A stretch of DNA of 64,000 bases from Bacillota bacterium (GTDB taxonomy: Bacteria; Bacillota; Clostridia; Christensenellales; SZUA-584): contig JAEZKQ010000030.1 in NCBI GenBank assembly GCA_023436115.1, positions 177,910-241,909 of the forward strand. Direction: 5' to 3'. Below are positions 7,679 to 17,932 of this stretch, piece by piece (within the stretch, counting starts at the first letter, position 1; each line of letters opens with the position of its first letter). A program made the translations under genes and the position numbers. Under the pieces are notes generated by a model. That model saw only the letters and a program-made list of their open reading frames with translations. It had not been told where the DNA came from and did not search any database.

Positions 7679-9088
7679 ATGGCAATTAACTTAAAAGGTC
7701 TTGATGCCGGGGTGAGTTGGAGGTATAGTGATGAAAGTATATTATATATTAAGGGGTCAAATTTTTTGATTAATATCAGCGTTATACAAAAACTCTCTGA
7801 AGCAGTTAAGTTCAAAAAAGGCAGCGTAATCAGCACAGGAGTCCATTGCACCGATATGCATATCATACTCAAAGGTCAGGTGGGCATATATTCAATTGAC
7901 CAAAATACCGGTAAAAAGATGCTTGCATCATTCGGGCCGGGTGATTTCTTTAATGAAGAAGCGCTTATTTCTGACGAAAACCTGTCCACCGCTTCAGTTG
8001 CTTTAACTGATGTGATCACTTTGCCTATCAGTAAAAATAACGCTGTTTCTTTCATAAAAAACGAACCGGAAATGGCTTATGAACTGATAAAAGAACTTTG
8101 CGGGCGACTCAAAAAAACAGATTATATATATAACAGTTCAGATATCGACTCGGATTTTCAAATAAATGCAGAAATGTCCGACCTCCAAGAACAGGATGAG
8201 ATTATCCTTTCCGAGGCTGACGGCAATGAAAAAGAATCAAACGTTAGAATCGAGACCGAAGAGCAAGTCATGCCATCTTCTTTGCCAAACGATTCAAAGT
8301 CTGCCTATACGGCTTTTGGTGACAATGATCAAGTGAGCACGGCTGACTCCAAAATAGCTGAACAAAAGATAATATCACTATTTCCGCAGGGTCATGGTCA
8401 TTATCAACTCCCGCTTCATATCAACGATAAACTGTATGAAAAGAGCTATAATTGCCCGCTTTGTAAAAAAACTTTTAAAGCACTGCAAGTGAAAATGTCC
8501 AAGCTGGTCGTTGCTCAGACAGATCCAGACATGCGTGTTCGGTATAAGGATGTTGAGCCGCTTTATTTCGATGTGGTGACATGCCCTCATTGCTTATACA
8601 GTGCGCTGAACGATATATTTGACAGCCCGGACAAATTAAAGCCTGAATTACTCAACGACCTCGAAGCCATGAAGCCGGAAACACCTATTACTCATGGAAT
8701 CGGAATCGACACGTTTTCTGTATTTGCAGGTTATTATCTGGCTTTGTTTTGCGCTCCCAGATGCTTTTTAAAGCACAGCTTGGTTACAGCAAAGCTGCTA
8801 TTAAAGCTTAGCCGCATTTATCAGGATTGCAGTGATGAATTTATGGAGATGGGTACGACCAAGCAGTCTCTTGATGCTTATATGGGATTCTATCAAAAAG
8901 AGAATACCGATATGAAGCAAGAACAACAGCTATGCATCATCATTGCCGAATTGTGCTTTAAGCTCAACGACTTAAAAACCGCAAAGAACTTTTTCTTTAA
9001 GGCCAAAACGAATCGCTATGGCACTCCGATCATGCAGAACCATGCCGAGAGCAGATTGTTTGATATTCGCGAGATTGAGAAAAAATAA
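7679..9088 (+). CDS. Cyclic-nucleotide-binding domain protein fused to a DUF2225-like zinc-ribbon/TPR-like domain
   Basis: 469 aa. It has an N-terminal cNMP-binding beta-barrel (FGPGDFFNEEALIS...), an acidic linker, then CPLCKKTF...CPHCLYSA plus a helical C-terminus as I remember for DUF2225. The exact start is uncertain. Confidence 0.6.
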   Translation: MAINLKGLDAGVSWRYSDESILYIKGSNFLINISVIQKLSEAVKFKKGSVISTGVHCTDMHIILKGQVGIYSIDQNTGKKMLASFGPGDFFNEEALISDENLSTASVALTDVITLPISKNNAVSFIKNEPEMAYELIKELCGRLKKTDYIYNSSDIDSDFQINAEMSDLQEQDEIILSEADGNEKESNVRIETEEQVMPSSLPNDSKSAYTAFGDNDQVSTADSKIAEQKIISLFPQGHGHYQLPLHINDKLYEKSYNCPLCKKTFKALQVKMSKLVVAQTDPDMRVRYKDVEPLYFDVVTCPHCLYSALNDIFDSPDKLKPELLNDLEAMKPETPITHGIGIDTFSVFAGYYLALFCAPRCFLKHSLVTAKLLLKLSRIYQDCSDEFMEMGTTKQSLDAYMGFYQKENTDMKQEQQLCIIIAELCFKLNDLKTAKNFFFKAKTNRYGTPIMQNHAESRLFDIREIEKK

Positions 9089-9092
9089 CCGG

Positions 9093-11504
9093 TCAGCGAT
9101 TCTTTTTCAATAAAAGCCTCAGCCCTTTTATATAATGATGGTTGAGTATCTGGGTCAGGCCGTTAACGCCGTCTTTTGTAAATTGCCCGGTCATGCCTAT
9201 AGCGCGCAGCGGCATATCCATGACTGTTGAGTTAAGCATTTTTTCAACATCGTCTCCTTCATTTGCCTTCATCGTTTTTATCGCCATTGATATTGCAATA
9301 TTGACAAATATTCTGCCGGTAAAAGTGGATTGCAGCTCGAAAACGGGCGTGTTGATATGAAACGGCTTGCCTTTTCTGACTGACGGAAGCGGTCTGCCCA
9401 CGAGCGCGATGAACTCACTTTCGGGTATATCCAGCGTTCCATCCGTATGCGGAAGTGAATAATACGATGGGGCCAGCAATCGGTAATCAGGCGCTTCACA
9501 TTGAACAACAGCATTCACATTCACATTTGATTTAAGCCGTATATCCCTGCTGGACGCACCGATCAATATTTCGTAAAGGCCGCTTTCTACGCACCAATCA
9601 TGAATATTGACGTTATAGTAGTTAAAAGCGTCTTTATCAAGTTTAAAGGACACTTCTTTCTCTTCGCCGGCATCAAGCGCAATCTTTGTGAACGCTTTGA
9701 GCTCCTTATCGGCCTTAAAAACAGAAGAATTTTTGTGCGATACATAAAGCTGTATTATCTCTTTCCCCGCCAGTTTGCCAGTGTTTTTTACCTTAAAGCT
9801 CACAGCAAGCGTATCGTGATCAGTGATATTCTCGCAGCTCAACTGAAGCGATGAATATTCAAAATCCGTATAGCTGAGTCCATGGCCGAAGGGATAAAGA
9901 ACGTCCTTATGGGCTGTATCATAGTATCGGTAACCTGTAAACAGGCTCTCCCGATACTGCACGATATATTTATCATTGGCAAAATGCTTATAACATGGCG
10001 TGTCTGAGAGCTTTAATGGAAATGTCTCTGCAAGCTTGCCTGACGGATTCACGTGGCCTAGCAAGAGGTTAACCGCTGCTTTACCACCCTGACACCCGCC
10101 CAAATACATAAGCAGTATCGCCTTCACCCTGTCTTTCCACGGCATGGTAACAGCGCTGCCGCAGTGAAGAACGACAACCACATTCTCATTCACATCACAA
10201 ACGGCATTAATAAGCTTGTTATGTGAAAGCGGCATATCCAAATTATCGCGGTCGAACCCCTCCGATTCATAACTATCCGGCAGCCCTGCAAATACAAATA
10301 CAATTTCTTTTCCCTCCGCAGCTTTTTGAGCTTGGCTTATCATGGCTTCATCCGGTTCAATACCTTCGTAGGCATAGCCATCCGCATAATCAAAATCCAG
10401 ACCTAGTGAGCAAAACGCGTCGTATGCGTTGTCCAGCTCATACGGGTTGATTTTACTGCTGCCCGCCCCCTGATAACGCGGCCTTTTCGCCATATTGCCG
10501 ATAACGGCGAATTGGCTTGTCGGCATATAGGGCAGAATATCTTCGTTCTTGAGCAGCACGGCCGACTCCTCCGCGATACGCTGCGCAAGCTTTAAATGTG
10601 AGGCCATGCCACACCGATAACCTGGTTTTCTGCCCGCTATGCTTTTTAAAATAAGCTCAACAATGCGGGTTGTATGCGCATCCAGAGTTTCTTGAGATAA
10701 CTCCCCTTTTTCCAGAGCAGCCAGTATGATTTTATCTGTTCCTTTGCATGAACCGGGCATCTCCAGCTCCTGCCCGTTCTGATAAGACTTTACGACATGA
10801 CACATTGCGCCCCAATCGGTGATAAATGAGCCTTTGAACCCCCATTCTTTTCTTGCCACATCCTCCATCAGCCACTTGTTTTCTGAACAATAAGTACCGT
10901 TAAGCTGATTATAAGCCGTCATAATCGTCCAAGGCTGGCTTTTCTTCACAACTGTTTCAAATGCTCTTAAATAGATTTCACGCAATGCTCTTTCATCAAT
11001 AATGCTGTCGGTGAGATTGCGTGCGTATTCCTGATTGTTGCCAGCAAAGTGTTTTAGGCTTGTGCCTATATTTTTGCTTTGGACGCCATTCACAAACGAG
11101 GCGCCCATAACACCGCTCAAATAAGGATCTTCCGAGAAATACTCAAAGTTTCGGCCGCATAACGGGCTGCGTTTCTGATTGACTCCGGGGCCAAGCAGAA
11201 CAGATATGCCTTGTTCCTGACACTCCTCCCCCAAAGCCTGCCCCATTTCATATATGAGGTTTTCGTCAAAAGAGCATGCCGTTGTGCAGGCTGGCGGAAA
11301 ACAAACAGACGGCACACTGTCGCTAAGTCCCAAGTTATCGTTTGCTTTGGCTTGCTTTCTTAACCCGTGAGGCCCGTCGCTGACCATGATTGACGGCAGT
11401 CCGTATTTTTCCAATCCAACCAAATGCCAAAAATCCTGCCCTGATAAAAGCAATGCTTTTTCCTCATTGGTCATTCGGCTGACAATTTCGGAAGACGTAT
11501 TCAT
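9093..11504 (-). CDS. Glycoside hydrolase family 3 beta-glucosidase/beta-xylosidase-like
   Basis: 803 aa with SDGPHGLR, KHFAGNNQE, the nucleophile region GFKGSFITDWGA, and a C-terminal Fn3-like domain. Confidence 0.85.
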   Translation of the reverse strand: MNTSSEIVSRMTNEEKALLLSGQDFWHLVGLEKYGLPSIMVSDGPHGLRKQAKANDNLGLSDSVPSVCFPPACTTACSFDENLIYEMGQALGEECQEQGISVLLGPGVNQKRSPLCGRNFEYFSEDPYLSGVMGASFVNGVQSKNIGTSLKHFAGNNQEYARNLTDSIIDERALREIYLRAFETVVKKSQPWTIMTAYNQLNGTYCSENKWLMEDVARKEWGFKGSFITDWGAMCHVVKSYQNGQELEMPGSCKGTDKIILAALEKGELSQETLDAHTTRIVELILKSIAGRKPGYRCGMASHLKLAQRIAEESAVLLKNEDILPYMPTSQFAVIGNMAKRPRYQGAGSSKINPYELDNAYDAFCSLGLDFDYADGYAYEGIEPDEAMISQAQKAAEGKEIVFVFAGLPDSYESEGFDRDNLDMPLSHNKLINAVCDVNENVVVVLHCGSAVTMPWKDRVKAILLMYLGGCQGGKAAVNLLLGHVNPSGKLAETFPLKLSDTPCYKHFANDKYIVQYRESLFTGYRYYDTAHKDVLYPFGHGLSYTDFEYSSLQLSCENITDHDTLAVSFKVKNTGKLAGKEIIQLYVSHKNSSVFKADKELKAFTKIALDAGEEKEVSFKLDKDAFNYYNVNIHDWCVESGLYEILIGASSRDIRLKSNVNVNAVVQCEAPDYRLLAPSYYSLPHTDGTLDIPESEFIALVGRPLPSVRKGKPFHINTPVFELQSTFTGRIFVNIAISMAIKTMKANEGDDVEKMLNSTVMDMPLRAIGMTGQFTKDGVNGLTQILNHHYIKGLRLLLKKNR

Positions 11505-11600
11505 AATATGGCTCCTTGAAAATTCATACTATAACTGTGGATTTAATAAAATGGGGATGTACAATAGTATACATCTGGATAATTTATGTGTCAATTTGAT

Positions 11601-11632
11601 AAAACCAAAAGGGCTCCATGTTGAGAAGCCCC
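11601..11632 (-). terminator. Rho-independent terminator after 11729..12091
   Basis: Minus strand: GGGGCTtctcaacatggAGCCC followed by TTTTGGTTTTAT. Confidence 0.5.
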
Positions 11633-11728
11633 GTAATAACTGGTTATGACTCTTCATCCTTAAGCTTTTTGTTCTCTTTTAAATAACTTTGGCTCACAAG
11701 CCTAATTATTAACTAGTTCCGATATTTC

Positions 11729-12091
11729 TTAAAGGACTTTATCAAACGTTAGGTTCGGATCGATAAAATCATTGCGAGAATCTATCCCTATGCTACCGTC
11801 ATCCATTTTTTCTATCCAACCATAAATTGGCGATGATAGTATATAGGGATATTTGAGTTTCATTTCCTCTTGAAATTTTGAATTGATGAACAATAGGTAC
11901 GTCTTACCTTCCTCTAAATATTTCAAGTCATATTGTTCTGTAATATGTTCTGTAATATTCTTTTCTGTTTTACCCTTAAATGATCCTCCCATTAGACGCA
12001 ACTCGATTTTATCTTCGTTTTTTAAGTCTCCTGCTATTGAAGTTATTATCTCCAATTCAACAGGGGGTGAAGTTTTCCCAAGAATCTTCAA
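11729..12091 (-). CDS. Hypothetical protein. It has only a TTG start and lies in frame with the upstream lipoprotein ORF, so it may be the distal half of a disrupted gene.
   Basis: 120-aa ORF. It is separated from 12104..12370 by TAA-AAA-TGA in the same frame. Confidence 0.35.
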   Translation of the reverse strand: MKILGKTSPPVELEIITSIAGDLKNEDKIELRLMGGSFKGKTEKNITEHITEQYDLKYLEEGKTYLLFINSKFQEEMKLKYPYILSSPIYGWIEKMDDGSIGIDSRNDFIDPNLTFDKVL

Positions 12092-12103
12092 CCGTTGTCA
12101 TTT

Positions 12104-12370
12104 TTATTTCCTTCTCGTTAATTCTTTTAACTGGAAGTATTTTTTTACCTTAGCGACAACAACATGATCAGTCTGCTTTAGATAGTCTTCTAAGCTATCA
12201 TAATAAACATATGAGCATGAAATCTCTAAGATCTGTTCTTTGATTTCATCGTCAACTTTAGTTACAATATTATCCCTATCATCAGAAGATGATTGTAACA
12301 TAGTGTTTGTGCATCCCAGACATACGAAAACCAAACTTAGGAGAATTACAGAAAAAATTATCTTCTTCAT
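12104..12370 (-). CDS. Putative lipoprotein (signal peptide plus lipobox LGC)
   Basis: aaaGGAGataataaaATG; MKKIIFSVILLSLVFVCLGCTN.... The ORF-track start at 12394 overlaps the RBS. Confidence 0.5.
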   Translation of the reverse strand: MKKIIFSVILLSLVFVCLGCTNTMLQSSSDDRDNIVTKVDDEIKEQILEISCSYVYYDSLEDYLKQTDHVVVAKVKKYFQLKELTRRK

Positions 12371-12387
12371 TTTATTATCTCCTTTTA

Positions 12388-12650
12388 TTACCATCTTGCA
12401 TCTACACCTGCAATATCACTTGCAGAGGGATAAAAGAAAGCGTTACTGTCTACTTTTCCCATTATGCATTGATTACTCGTTGTTCTATCTGCCAACCCCA
12501 ATGCATGTCCAAGTTCATGAACCATTATACTAACTGACATTCTGTCCCATTCAGAAATTCTTCAATATGATTGTGTACAACGATACCATAATTGATATAT
12601 AATGACAACAATAGCATATAAACCCAATGTGAGTTTCACTTCATTTGACG
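12388..12650 (-). pseudogene. Degraded zinc metalloprotease gene (HExxHxxGxxD C-terminal fragment, frameshifted)
   Basis: Minus-strand reading 12540..12388 gives MSVSIMVHELGHALGLADRTTSNQCIMGKVDSNAFFYPSASDIAGVDARW*. The adjacent frame upstream reads ...NYGIVVHNHIEEFLNGTECQLV*. There is no intact N-terminal catalytic domain. Confidence 0.5.
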
Positions 12651-12810
12651 TTATTTAAACTATGATTTATTAGATAACAGGAGCAAAAATTGCGAACAAT
12701 AGTGGTTACCAATCGTTATTTTTATATAGAAAACATGTTCACGCAACATAAACCTATTTTCAAACGCTAAAGCTGGCTGACGATTCACACGCTCAGCGCG
12801 TGGTTTTTTT

Positions 12811-12841
12811 ACGATAACAAAAGGGCAGCCTCTTGCTGCCC
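12811..12841 (-). terminator. Rho-independent terminator of the AraC-controlled operon
   Basis: Minus strand: GGGCAGC aagag GCTGCCC followed by TTTTGTTATCG (plus-strand stem 12823-12829 / 12835-12841). Confidence 0.7.
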
Positions 12842-12863
12842 CCCCACGTTTCAGTAAGAACAT

Positions 12864-13895
12864 TTATCTTTGGATTCGTCCCGAACCATCACCAGTAATG
12901 AGCTTTTCCACTTCCTGTACGCCCACTCTGTTAAAATCACCGGGTATCGAGTGCTTTAAGCAGCTTGCGCCAACAGCGAATTCTAAAGCCCTTTTATTAT
13001 CGCCGTAGGCATGAAGCCCGTATATGAGGCCTGCTGCAAACGCATCTCCGCCGCCCACTCTGTCTACAATATCAGTGATGCTGTATTTGCGGCTCTGCAG
13101 GAAATCCGTTCTGTCGTTCAGGCAGGCAGACCAATTATTATGGTTAGCACTTATGCTTTCGCGAAGTGTAATGGCGATCATTTTGATATTGGGATATTCC
13201 GACAGCACTTTCTGTGTTAGCACACGGTAAACATCCGCATCAAGAACACCGCCTTCAACATGACTATCGGCACTTATTCCCAAAGACTTCTGACAATCCT
13301 CCTCATTCGCAATCACTATGTCTGTGTATGCAACAAGCTCTGACATGACTTGCTTGGCGGTTTTCCCATATTGCCATAGCTTCGCTCTGTAGTTTAGGTC
13401 GCATGAAACGGTCAGTCCCATTTCTTTTGCTGCTTTGACAGCCTCCATCGAGACCTGAGCCGCCGTTTCGCTTAAGGCTGGCGTGATACCTGTGATATGG
13501 AACCAGCCCGCATTGCTGAATACTTTTGTCCAATCAATGCTCCCCGGTTTTAACATGGATATTGAAGAGACCTCGCGGTCATAAACCACATTCGAAGGTC
13601 TTTGGTTGGCCCCGGCTTCCAAGTAATAGATGCCAAGTCTTCCGTCGCCGAAGATGATGCCAGATGTATCAACGCCGAACTTTCTAAGTTCCATGACGCA
13701 AGCTTTTCCGATATCATGAGCCGGAAGCGATGTCACAAAGGCCGCTTCCATGCCAAAGTTGGCAAGTGAAACAGCCACATTGGCTTCACCGCCGCCAAAA
13801 GTCGCTTCAAATGCAGAAGACTGAAAGAACTTTTCATTGCCCGGGGATTTTAGGCGCAGCATGATCTCTCCGAAAGTCACAATCTTGGATCTCAT
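12864..13895 (-). CDS. PfkB-family sugar kinase, 2-dehydro-3-deoxygluconokinase-like
   Basis: 343 aa; [14 protein letters not shown]...[16 protein letters not shown] and C-terminal GGGDAFAAG motifs. Confidence 0.8.
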   Translation of the reverse strand: MRSKIVTFGEIMLRLKSPGNEKFFQSSAFEATFGGGEANVAVSLANFGMEAAFVTSLPAHDIGKACVMELRKFGVDTSGIIFGDGRLGIYYLEAGANQRPSNVVYDREVSSISMLKPGSIDWTKVFSNAGWFHITGITPALSETAAQVSMEAVKAAKEMGLTVSCDLNYRAKLWQYGKTAKQVMSELVAYTDIVIANEEDCQKSLGISADSHVEGGVLDADVYRVLTQKVLSEYPNIKMIAITLRESISANHNNWSACLNDRTDFLQSRKYSITDIVDRVGGGDAFAAGLIYGLHAYGDNKRALEFAVGASCLKHSIPGDFNRVGVQEVEKLITGDGSGRIQR

Positions 13896-13896
13896 T

Positions 13897-14511
13897 TTAA
13901 ACTCCCTTGAGCATTTTCATAATGTCTCGAGAATGCATGACCTTACCGTATTTCATATCAATATTGCTAAGAGCAGCATCGTGCAGTTCTTTTGAGAACG
14001 ATGAAACCGCGTCACTGGCGACAAGGACATGAAGGCGGTTATGGAATGCTTCATGCACGGTGTCCTCCACGCAAATCTGCGTGACTGTACCCGTGACGAT
14101 GATGGTATCCTTATCAAGACTATAGAGAACATCAAGCAGGTTGGAATTGTGAAACGATGAATAGCCGTACTTTTCTACGATATAATCGTCTTCTAGCGGA
14201 TAGATTTCGTCGATTATATCCGTACAATCGAGCTCTTTATCGACATCGGGATAATAACGTTTAAAACGCCTCATGCATGCGTTAACCTGCTCAATCTGCG
14301 GACTCCAATTCCAAAGCAGCGTCTTTTTGGGCCCGGCAATAAACTTGGTATAAATCACAGGCATGTCGTTTTCCCGCGCAAAAGCGATAAGCTCTTGATT
14401 TGATTTTATGGTGTCTCTCGCATCGGGTACTTCCATGCCAGCGCCGACCCGCACAAAATCATTTTGAAGGTCAACGATCAATAATGCCGTTTTCTCTAGT
14501 TTGTATTCCAT
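13897..14511 (-). CDS. Isochorismatase-family cysteine hydrolase
   Basis: 204 aa; [11 protein letters not shown], and [13 protein letters not shown] containing the catalytic Cys. Confidence 0.75.
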   Translation of the reverse strand: MEYKLEKTALLIVDLQNDFVRVGAGMEVPDARDTIKSNQELIAFARENDMPVIYTKFIAGPKKTLLWNWSPQIEQVNACMRRFKRYYPDVDKELDCTDIIDEIYPLEDDYIVEKYGYSSFHNSNLLDVLYSLDKDTIIVTGTVTQICVEDTVHEAFHNRLHVLVASDAVSSFSKELHDAALSNIDMKYGKVMHSRDIMKMLKGV

Positions 14512-14512
14512 A

Positions 14513-15844
14513 TCAGTTTCCTCCCTGACTTTTATTATTCATATGCTGCTGATATAATTCAGCATAAAATCTGTCTCTGATCACACATCCGGTGGACACC
14601 ATATCGCGCATAAGCTCAACACATTTTGTACAGGTGATGCATGTTTGTTTTGCTTCAAGACAACCGTTATGAAGTATATCGTTCGCAAAATTCGGGTTGG
14701 CAAATGCCATTCTGCCAAAACCGATGATATCGGCATGATGGTGTTCTAGCGTGTAAGCACCTGCATGAACAGCAAACTGCTTCAGCCAGCTATAACCCGC
14801 GCCAATAAAAAGTATGCCCGGTACACTTTCCTTCACGGAGGCAGCCAAAGATATGAGCCGCTCCACACCTTTGACGGGTAGTTCAGGCGGCGTATATGGC
14901 CCCATGCTAAACGGCCTGTTGATATGCGGGTTGTAATATGGGTTTCCCATTGTGACAGCACACAGCCGAACGCCGAGCTGGAACAGATCGTTGAGCAGCA
15001 TAACGGGCTCTGTTATGTCCGGCTTTCCGGCAGTCAGCTTATCCGCTCCAAAACCGTACGGGTAATCCATCGCGTCATAAATACTTAAACGGCTGGCCAC
15101 GATCATATTGTTGTGTACCGATTGCTTGATTTTTTGCACCGCATTTTTTATAAACCGCGTTCTTCCTTCATAGTCTCCCCCGTATTTTCCCTCGCGCGTA
15201 TGAGCTCCCAAAAGCTCTCCGAGTAAGTAACCATGACTCGCCTTTATATCCACACCGTCAAATCCGGCTGCCTGAGCCAGCATAGCGGCTTGCACAAATG
15301 TGTCCTCAAGCTCAGACAGTTCATCGTCGCTGATTAATTCTTTATCTGGACAAATATTATATTTCGTATCGACTACGGGGTTATGCGCAGCGATAATGGG
15401 GGCCGGCTTGCCTTCGGGCTTGGAATAACGTCCCGAATGCGTCAATTGGAGTATCATAACAGGGGCGTAACCATTTTGCTTGATGGCTTTTTCTTTAACT
15501 TCATCGACCAAGCTTTTGAAAGCATCCACGTTAGCTTTATTGATATAAAGCTGGTGTCCTGACGCACGGCCTTCCTTCACCACTGCTGCCGCTTCACACC
15601 AAATGATGCCCGCGCCGCCAAGACCGAATTTTAGATATCTTTTTAACGTCAGTTCGCTGGGCGATCCATCCGGAATCGCATCGCAGCCTTCCATGGGCAA
15701 TACGGCTAATGAATTACTAACCCTGTTTCCGTTAATATAGTGACTTTTACCGTAAACCGAGTTGTTCTCGGAAAAACCGATATTAACCTTCTCATTTTCG
15801 CAGTAGTGCTTAATTTCATCTATTGTTTTGAACCCATTTTTCAT
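14513..15844 (-). CDS. Old-Yellow-Enzyme family NADH:flavin oxidoreductase
   Basis: 443 aa; the TIM-barrel motifs QLTHSGR and GFDGVDIKASHGYLL, and a C-terminal Cys cluster CITCTKC. Confidence 0.75.
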   Translation of the reverse strand: MKNGFKTIDEIKHYCENEKVNIGFSENNSVYGKSHYINGNRVSNSLAVLPMEGCDAIPDGSPSELTLKRYLKFGLGGAGIIWCEAAAVVKEGRASGHQLYINKANVDAFKSLVDEVKEKAIKQNGYAPVMILQLTHSGRYSKPEGKPAPIIAAHNPVVDTKYNICPDKELISDDELSELEDTFVQAAMLAQAAGFDGVDIKASHGYLLGELLGAHTREGKYGGDYEGRTRFIKNAVQKIKQSVHNNMIVASRLSIYDAMDYPYGFGADKLTAGKPDITEPVMLLNDLFQLGVRLCAVTMGNPYYNPHINRPFSMGPYTPPELPVKGVERLISLAASVKESVPGILFIGAGYSWLKQFAVHAGAYTLEHHHADIIGFGRMAFANPNFANDILHNGCLEAKQTCITCTKCVELMRDMVSTGCVIRDRFYAELYQQHMNNKSQGGN

Positions 15845-15930
15845 AAGATCCCCTCATCCCTTTAAGCGAAAAATATTAATCTTGCATCTATCATAAAGTA
15901 TACACAAGCGAATAAATATAAAGGCCTGTG

Positions 15931-15954
15931 TGCAAAAGTTAGCGTGATTTGCAC
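15931..15954. promoter_or_regulatory. 24-nt motif TGCAAAAGTTAGCGTGATTTGCAC, candidate regulator site 87 nt upstream of the OYE gene start
   Basis: 19/24 identical to 18780-18803 in the same orientation, and at the same distance from a minus-strand start codon. Confidence 0.5.
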
Positions 15955-15963
15955 CGCTTGAGC

Positions 15964-17919
15964 TTAATAAACATTCCCGTTCTCACGGTATGTTTTCCAG
16001 ACGTTTTCGAAAAAGTCGTCGTCAGCAGGAATCGGCCTTACTTCTCTCCAACAGAACGTACACGCGGCATTAGCAAAGCTCACTTCCTGCACCATACCGC
16101 CCATACTGCCATCGTCCAATGAAAACCGGAACTGTTCTGGCAGCCCATCACTGGGCTTTGTTCCTTTCTCATCATAGTATAAAGCCGAGCCGCGGCTGCG
16201 CCCCCCATGCTCCAAATAGTCCTTCATAGCGCTCAGGTAGACGTATTGACTAAGTAAAATATCGTAGTACCGATAAAGCTTTGGCAGGGAATCGACGGAA
16301 CCGATTTTTACACGCTGACCAAAATTGATTAATACATCTTTTGTTTCTGCAATGGCCTTAGATATTTGAGACAGGCTACGAACAGCCGCACCCGCTTTGC
16401 TCATTCTCATTTGCGAATCCAGCACGTGAATGTTCACATTATCGGCATCACAAAATGACTGCTCTGACATTTCGATCAAACGGGTCATCTGCTTTCTTAC
16501 TATATTCTCAAAACACTGAATATCGCATGTTTGCGAATGCCTGTTTTTTGAGATGTATTGCGCGGCCCGCATAGACCCCACCTGCCCGGCATTAAGAGCG
16601 CTGCCGCCGGGTCTGTAAACGCCATGGCTTGCGCAGACTTCGCCTGCAGCAAAAAAACCTTCGATATTGGTTTGCCACCAGCAATCAATCGAGAGACCGC
16701 CGTTGTTATGCTGTGCACATAGCGCAATCTCTAAAGGGTCATGTTTAAGGTCAATACCCCTGCTTAAGTAAAAATCATACGCCGGAGCGTTCATATGGAT
16801 AAGCCTGTCGACCGGCTTTCCAAAAAGCGCGCCCGATTTATCCAGATACTCTTTAGCCTCCGGATTCAGAAAAGCAAAATCCATATAGGCCGAATTACTT
16901 CTGTAATCCAGGAAGACTCTGCGTCCTTTTAAGCAGCTTTCGACATAAATAAAAATGTCGATCAAGGAAGATCCATTAACGGCCTTTCTGACATCGAACG
17001 GCCACTGATATCCCTTAAGAAATATATAGTTTAATATATCGGCCTTATCAAAATGTTCATCATACAAGAATTCGCGCTCGTCGAGGCCGTCGACATCCGT
17101 AGAAATAAACCGAGGCAGAACCTGCATATAAGTGCCCGATACATTCCATCGCGGGGACACAGAGGCCAATCCATATTGCCACTCCGTCAAATTCTTCCCC
17201 CTTACTCCGGCTTCAAATGCGATGCCAGAAGCGCCGAATTGTCCTTCGGGATAAACGGAATCGGCGTACATGCCCGCAGGCCCGCCCGTCGCGTATATGA
17301 CGTTCTCGCAATGAAAAGCGACAAACCTTTTTTCCTTTTGATGAAGCTTATGCAAATTCAGACAAAGCAGCCCATACACTTTCTTTTGATCGGTCAATAT
17401 AGCTATCACTTGAAGCCCTGAGTAGACAGGGATGTTCTTTGATAACACGGATTTCTCAAGACATTCCGTCATGATTTTTGAGGTTAAAGGGCCTGCCGAA
17501 GTGGCTCTTCGTTTCGGGTCATGATCTGTTTTATAACCGATATATTCACCGTAGCGGTTCGTCGGGAACGGCACGCCAAGCTCGCAAAGCCGCAAAAAGC
17601 ATGTCGCCGAATTGGCCGCCTCGGCTAAAGCGATATCTCCGTCAACACATTGTCCGCTCATCAGTGTTTTTGTCAGATCCATGACCGAGTCACTTTCATT
17701 TCCAGATAAGCCGAGTTTGTAGTAGGTTTGTTTGTCCGATCCGGTATTTCGCGAGGTGCTGATTTTCAAATCTTCACATATAATCGCTAAGTCATAGATG
17801 CCGTATGAATAGAGCCTGTCGGCTGCATTAAGAGCCGCAGCGCCTGCGCCCACAATAACGGTATTGAGCGATATAACGTCTACACTATGATTCTTTACAA
17901 CGATGCTGTTCATGTTCAT
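15964..17919 (-). CDS. FAD-binding oxidoreductase, fumarate reductase/succinate dehydrogenase flavoprotein-like
   Basis: 651 aa; N-terminal VIVGAGAAALNAA dinucleotide fold, and a later AAGE..ASHG FAD-binding region. Confidence 0.65.
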   Translation of the reverse strand: MNMNSIVVKNHSVDVISLNTVIVGAGAAALNAADRLYSYGIYDLAIICEDLKISTSRNTGSDKQTYYKLGLSGNESDSVMDLTKTLMSGQCVDGDIALAEAANSATCFLRLCELGVPFPTNRYGEYIGYKTDHDPKRRATSAGPLTSKIMTECLEKSVLSKNIPVYSGLQVIAILTDQKKVYGLLCLNLHKLHQKEKRFVAFHCENVIYATGGPAGMYADSVYPEGQFGASGIAFEAGVRGKNLTEWQYGLASVSPRWNVSGTYMQVLPRFISTDVDGLDEREFLYDEHFDKADILNYIFLKGYQWPFDVRKAVNGSSLIDIFIYVESCLKGRRVFLDYRSNSAYMDFAFLNPEAKEYLDKSGALFGKPVDRLIHMNAPAYDFYLSRGIDLKHDPLEIALCAQHNNGGLSIDCWWQTNIEGFFAAGEVCASHGVYRPGGSALNAGQVGSMRAAQYISKNRHSQTCDIQCFENIVRKQMTRLIEMSEQSFCDADNVNIHVLDSQMRMSKAGAAVRSLSQISKAIAETKDVLINFGQRVKIGSVDSLPKLYRYYDILLSQYVYLSAMKDYLEHGGRSRGSALYYDEKGTKPSDGLPEQFRFSLDDGSMGGMVQEVSFANAACTFCWREVRPIPADDDFFENVWKTYRENGNVY

Positions 17920-17932
17920 CCCGTTTTAAGTT

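Noticed and set aside
12660-12863. 67-aa minus-strand ORF after the kinase gene
   Set aside because: It runs straight through the GGGCAGC/GCTGCCC terminator and a second hairpin. It is almost certainly non-coding.
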